From an uncultured Bacilli bacterium (GTDB lineage Bacteria > Bacillota_I > Bacilli_A > RF39 > UBA660): a DNA stretch of 64,000 nucleotides. Of this stretch, positions 59,544 to 64,000 are shown in pieces. The stretch spans positions 156,614 to 220,613 of the forward strand of contig CAKOMY010000001.1 in NCBI GenBank assembly GCA_934096815.1, written 5' to 3'. Both the position numbers and the translations under genes were made by a program. The notes beneath the pieces were generated by a model. It was given only the letters and a program-made list of their open reading frames with translations. It had not been told where the DNA came from and did no database searches. Numbering within the stretch: position 1 is the first letter of the stretch; each line of letters begins with the position of its first letter.

Positions 59544-60524
59544 ATGAAGTGGAAAATTGGTAATGTTGAAATTAAAAATCAAATTGTTCTTGCTCCAATG
59601 GCAGGAATAAGTAATACTGCATATCGTCAAATTATTAAAGAGATGGGAGCTGGACTTATTTTTGCGGAAATGGTTAGTGATAAAGCATTAGTTTATGGAA
59701 GTGAAAAGACATTTGATTTGCTAAAAATGAATGATATGGAAAGGCCCATTGCTCAACAAATATTTGGTAGTGATGTTGATTCTTTTGTTAAGGCTGCTAA
59801 GTTAGTTGAAGATGCTATGCATCCTGATATTATAGATATTAATATGGGATGTCCGGTACCAAAGGTAGCTATTAAATCACAAGCAGGAAGTGCTCTTTTA
59901 AAAAATCCAGATAAAATAAAAGAAATAGTTAGCGCTGTTGTTAATGCTGTAAGTGTTCCGGTTACTGTTAAAATACGAAGTGGTTGGGATGAAAAAAGTA
60001 TTAATGCAGTAGAAGTTGCTAAAGTTATTGAAGAAGCTGGGGCAAGTGCTATTACAGTTCATGGAAGAACTAGAGCACAAGGTTATAGTGGAAATGCTGA
60101 TTGGAATATAATAAAACAAGTTAAAGAAACAGTAAAAATTCCTGTTATAGGTAATGGTGATGTTACAAGTGCTGAAAAAGCAAAAGAAATGCTTGATTAT
60201 ACTGGATGTGATGCAGTCATGATAGGTAGAGGAGTACTTGGAAATCCTTGGCTTATTAATGAATGTGTAACCTATTTAGAGTCAGGAATTATTCCCTCAA
60301 GACCAAGTTCAAAAGAAAAAATAGAAATGCTAAAAAGACATTATAAATTATTAGTAGAGTCGACTTCAGAAAGACAAGCAATACTTGAAATTAGAACGCA
60401 TGCATTATGGTATATAAAAGGTATGCCAAAAAGTGCGTATATAAAAAATGAAATATGTAAAACTAAAAATAGTGAAGATTTATTTAAAATCTTAGATGAT
60501 TATTTAGGAGAATTAGATGATTAA
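59544..60524 (+). CDS. dusB: tRNA-dihydrouridine synthase
   Basis: LAPMAGISN, catalytic Cys (NMGCP) and FMN-binding TIM-barrel motifs. Confidence 0.9.
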   Translation: MKWKIGNVEIKNQIVLAPMAGISNTAYRQIIKEMGAGLIFAEMVSDKALVYGSEKTFDLLKMNDMERPIAQQIFGSDVDSFVKAAKLVEDAMHPDIIDINMGCPVPKVAIKSQAGSALLKNPDKIKEIVSAVVNAVSVPVTVKIRSGWDEKSINAVEVAKVIEEAGASAITVHGRTRAQGYSGNADWNIIKQVKETVKIPVIGNGDVTSAEKAKEMLDYTGCDAVMIGRGVLGNPWLINECVTYLESGIIPSRPSSKEKIEMLKRHYKLLVESTSERQAILEIRTHALWYIKGMPKSAYIKNEICKTKNSEDLFKILDDYLGELDD

Positions 60525-61104
60525 AAATATTTTTAGTAAACAAAATTTAAAATATGCATTGTTGGAACTATTGGTGGGACTATTTTTACTTTTTAAATGA
60601 TATATTACATATTAATTATTTATTAACAAATGTGGTTACTTTTATAGTAACTGTTACTATTTTGTATTTCTTAAATAAAAAATTTGTTTATGAAGCTGAT
60701 TATAATGATAATGTAGGATTTGTAATGTTTTTTGCAAGTAGAATAGTATTGTTTTAACTTTTGGTTTAAAGATATTTATGTCTCCGAGTATGATTTCTAA
60801 ATTTATTTCTTCATCTTCAACTACTTATATAAATTATTGTGTTGGTAAATTTATTTTTAATAATAAAAATTAATATGCTTTATTGTAATATCTTTCTTTA
60901 CTGTTTTCTACGTTTTGTTTAGAAAGAATATTTTATTTTTTTCATCTTACTTCGTTTCGACCTTTTTCTATTTTAATTTATTTACTATCGTTTTGATTAT
61001 TTTATATATTTGTTTTCTACATTTTGTGCCTATTAATAGAGCAATTATAGATTGATTAATATTTTAGTTTAGTCTATAATTATATTAAGGATATGGAGGA
61101 TAAA

Positions 61105-61794
61105 ATGGAGAAAGATGATGCTAAAAAATTTATTGAAGATAGTAAAAAGTTAAAAAAGAAAACTACTAAAAAAGTTAAAGATTTAAATGAAACAGTTAAG
61201 AAAACAGTAAAGAAGGACGTTGATAAAGTTATAAAAGAGGTTAAAGATGCTGCTGTTAATGAAGTGGAAGATTTAACTAATACACAAAAATGTAAATATT
61301 GTGGAAAATATTTTGATAAGGGAATGACTATTTGTCCTAATTGTAGAAGAAGAAATAAAAGAAATTCAATAGATATATTATTCTTTGTTATGATAGGTGT
61401 TGTATTCTTATTTTTAATATTATTATTTTATTTTGTTAATACACATATTATTTCTAAAGAAACCTATGAATCATATACACAAAAATGTACTTTTGTAAGT
61501 TATGAAGATTTGGTTAGAATTCCTAAAACATATTTAGATAAAGATGTTACTGTAGTTGGACAAGTTGTTAAAGTAGAGGGATATAACGATGGACTATATA
61601 ATAATATGGATATTACACTTGATTTAAATTTATTTGAAGATGGATCAGAAAGTCTTGTGACAGTTCATTTTGAAGATAGATCTTATGAAAAAGGTTTTAT
61701 TGATGGAGATATTGTTAAAGTATACGGTGAATATTCAACAATAAGTGGAAATAAACCTGTTATAATGGCAAAATATATTGATTTAAATAATTAA
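61105..61794 (+). CDS. Membrane protein with N-terminal zinc-ribbon
   Basis: CKYCG...CPNC zinc ribbon, one TM helix, then an extracytoplasmic domain. The start was chosen at the second ATG, 4 nt after GGAGGA. Confidence 0.5.
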   Translation: MEKDDAKKFIEDSKKLKKKTTKKVKDLNETVKKTVKKDVDKVIKEVKDAAVNEVEDLTNTQKCKYCGKYFDKGMTICPNCRRRNKRNSIDILFFVMIGVVFLFLILLFYFVNTHIISKETYESYTQKCTFVSYEDLVRIPKTYLDKDVTVVGQVVKVEGYNDGLYNNMDITLDLNLFEDGSESLVTVHFEDRSYEKGFIDGDIVKVYGEYSTISGNKPVIMAKYIDLNN

Positions 61795-61870
61795 GGTAGA
61801 TTTAGTTCTATCTTTTTTTAATATTTTATAATTTTTGTGGTAAAATACTACTGAAATGAAGTGAGGTAGT

Positions 61871-64000
61871 ATGGATAAAATTGTAATAAAAGGTGCTAGA
61901 GAAAATAATTTAAAAAATATTGATTTAGAATTACCTAAAAATAAATTAATTGTTATGACTGGTGTATCTGGTTCGGGAAAGAGTAGTCTTGCTTTTGATA
62001 CTATCTATGCAGAGGGAGAAAGAAGATATATTGAATCTTTAAGTGCATATGCAAGACAGTTTTTAGGTGGATCTGATAAACCTGATGTAGATTCTATTGA
62101 AGGATTATCTCCTAGTATTTCGATTGATCAAAAAACAACTAATAATAATCCAAGAAGTACAGTTGGTACTGTAACAGAGATATATGATTATTTAAGATTG
62201 TTATTTGCAAGAGTAGGAACTCCATATTGTCCTAATCATCACGTGCCAATTACTAGTCAAAGTATTGAAGAAATGACTAATAAGATTTTAACTATGGATG
62301 AAGGAACTAAGTTAGAAATACTTGCTCCTATTGTTCATGGTGAAAAAGGTACTCATCAAGATTTGTTTGATGATTTACGAAAAAAAGGATTTACTAGAGT
62401 AAGAGTTAATGGAGAAATGCATGACTTATCAGAAAATATTGTCTTAGAAAAAAATAAGAAAGATAATATTTATTTGGTAGTTGATCGTATTGTTGTTAAT
62501 CCGGATGAAAGAAGTCGTATTTTTGAAGCAATTGAACTTAGTACAAAGATGGCAAGTGGTAAAGTATTAATACATGTAATTGATGGTGAAGAATTTATAA
62601 TGAGTGAACATTATGCTTGTCCTGAATGTAACTTTAGTTTGCCTGAATTAGAACCTAGATTATTCTCATTTAATGCCCCATATGGAGCTTGTCCTGAATG
62701 TAAAGGTTTAGGTGTTAAACAAAATATTAGTATTGATTTACTTATTCCTGATAAAAATAAATCAGTATATGAGGGAGCAATTAAAGGATTTAGTTTAGAT
62801 CAAAATATTGCTCTTACAGAACTTGAGACTGTTTGTAAATATTATAATATTGATTTAAATAAGAAAATATCTGAACTTAGTAAAAAAGAATTAGATATAA
62901 TTTTGTATGGTAGCAATGAATTATTTGATTTTGAATATGTAAGTAAGAATGGTAATAAGAGATATGTTACAGATACTTATGAAGGAATTGCTAATAATTT
63001 TCAAAGAAGATATATGGAAACTTCTAGTAAATGGATAAGAGATTGGCTTAGTTCATATATGGTTGATTTACCTTGTAAGAAATGTCATGGTGCTAGATTA
63101 TCTGATGATGTATTAGCTGTTAAGATTAATGGTTTAAGTATTTATGAAGTGTGTTTAAAAAGTATTAGAGATTTAATAGAATTTTTTGATAATTTAAAAC
63201 TTTCCAAAGAACAAGAAAATATTTCTAGTTTAATTGTTAAAGAAATTCAAAATAGATTAAGTTTTTTAAATAATGTTGGACTTGGTTATTTAACTTTAGC
63301 TAGAGAAGCAAGTACATTATCAGGTGGTGAATCACAAAGAATTCGTTTAGCTACACAAATTGGTAGTAAGTTAACTGGTGTTTTATATGTTTTAGATGAG
63401 CCTAGTATTGGTTTGCATCAAAGGGATAATGATAAATTAATTAATTCTTTGAAAGAAATGAGAGATCTTGGAAATACTTTAATTGTTGTTGAACATGATG
63501 AAGATACAATGAGAGCTGCTGATTATTTAGTTGATATTGGACCGGGACCTGGTGATCAAGGTGGAGAGGTTGTTGCAGCTGGAACGCCTGAAGAGGTAAT
63601 GCGAAATAAGAATAGTTTAACGGGAAAATATTTAACTGGTGAATTAAAAATAGATGTTCCTAAAAAACGTAGAAAAGGTAATGGAAAATTTATTGAAATA
63701 AAGGGTGCTAGTCAAAATAATTTAAAGAATATAAATGTTAAATTTCCACTTGGAACTATGACTTTGGTTACTGGTGTATCTGGATCGGGTAAATCAAGTT
63801 TGGTTACGGAAACACTTGTTAGAGCACTAAGAGCAAAAGTTTACGGAACAATGGTAATACCAGGAAAAAATAAGGGTATTAAAGGACTTGAAAACGTTGA
63901 TAAAGTAGTAGATATTTCTCAAGAGCCGATTGGTAGAACTCCTAGAAGTAATCCGGCAACTTATGTTGGAGTATTTGATGATATTCGTGATTTATTTGCT
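61871..64000 (+). CDS. uvrA: Excinuclease ABC subunit A (5' part; continues beyond window)
   Basis: GAGGTAGT RBS and ATG at 61871. Walker A GVSGSGKSSLAFDT. Zinc-finger cysteines. Second ATPase module GVSGSGKSSLV at about 63775. The frame is open to the window end. Confidence 0.93.
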   Translation, partial: MDKIVIKGARENNLKNIDLELPKNKLIVMTGVSGSGKSSLAFDTIYAEGERRYIESLSAYARQFLGGSDKPDVDSIEGLSPSISIDQKTTNNNPRSTVGTVTEIYDYLRLLFARVGTPYCPNHHVPITSQSIEEMTNKILTMDEGTKLEILAPIVHGEKGTHQDLFDDLRKKGFTRVRVNGEMHDLSENIVLEKNKKDNIYLVVDRIVVNPDERSRIFEAIELSTKMASGKVLIHVIDGEEFIMSEHYACPECNFSLPELEPRLFSFNAPYGACPECKGLGVKQNISIDLLIPDKNKSVYEGAIKGFSLDQNIALTELETVCKYYNIDLNKKISELSKKELDIILYGSNELFDFEYVSKNGNKRYVTDTYEGIANNFQRRYMETSSKWIRDWLSSYMVDLPCKKCHGARLSDDVLAVKINGLSIYEVCLKSIRDLIEFFDNLKLSKEQENISSLIVKEIQNRLSFLNNVGLGYLTLAREASTLSGGESQRIRLATQIGSKLTGVLYVLDEPSIGLHQRDNDKLINSLKEMRDLGNTLIVVEHDEDTMRAADYLVDIGPGPGDQGGEVVAAGTPEEVMRNKNSLTGKYLTGELKIDVPKKRRKGNGKFIEIKGASQNNLKNINVKFPLGTMTLVTGVSGSGKSSLVTETLVRALRAKVYGTMVIPGKNKGIKGLENVDKVVDISQEPIGRTPRSNPATYVGVFDDIRDLFA

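Overview
This is a very AT-rich (roughly 25% GC), gene-dense chromosomal segment that looks like a low-GC Firmicutes-type organism (possibly a reduced, host-associated lineage). The genetic code is standard: TGA terminates several well-supported genes. There is no rRNA, CRISPR array, transposase, integrase or obvious prophage.

Most of the window is housekeeping, in this order:
- mfd (3' part), a SpoVT/AbrB-like regulator, tatD, a YabE-like 3D-domain protein and rsmA.
- A cold-shock protein.
- A T-box-like leader followed by glyQS, then a convergent mscS.
- A compact UvrD-like helicase next to a RexAB-type addB-addA pair.
- A minus-strand operon with a VanY-like M15 carboxypeptidase.
- A three-gene block of unknown function.
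- A CIRCE operator in front of hsp20.
- A single tRNA-Glu with a CUC anticodon immediately upstream of gltX.
- pcrA-ligA.
- A sensor protein with a degenerate GGDEF domain.
- A YihY-family protein, ctpA, two degenerate EcfA-like genes and truA.
- A cell-envelope glycopolymer region: tagO, tagA and a GT2 gene, followed by an AfuA/PhnS-type ABC importer translationally coupled to a LicC-like nucleotidyltransferase that carries an N-terminal winged helix. After that come a Wzy-like + GT4 + Alg14-like tri-domain fusion with an Alg13-like partner, a HAD-GtrA fusion and a PssA-like CDP-alcohol phosphatidyltransferase.
- A MacB-type ABC protein, a PduL-like protein, dusB, and the 5' part of uvrA.

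The most promising candidate for an undescribed system is the importer, nucleotidyl-activation and transfer module inside the glycopolymer locus (47.4-56.9 kb). Secondary candidates are the unknown three-gene block at 22.3-25.3 kb, a palindromic element present in two copies, and the tRNA-Glu(CUC)/GluRS pair.
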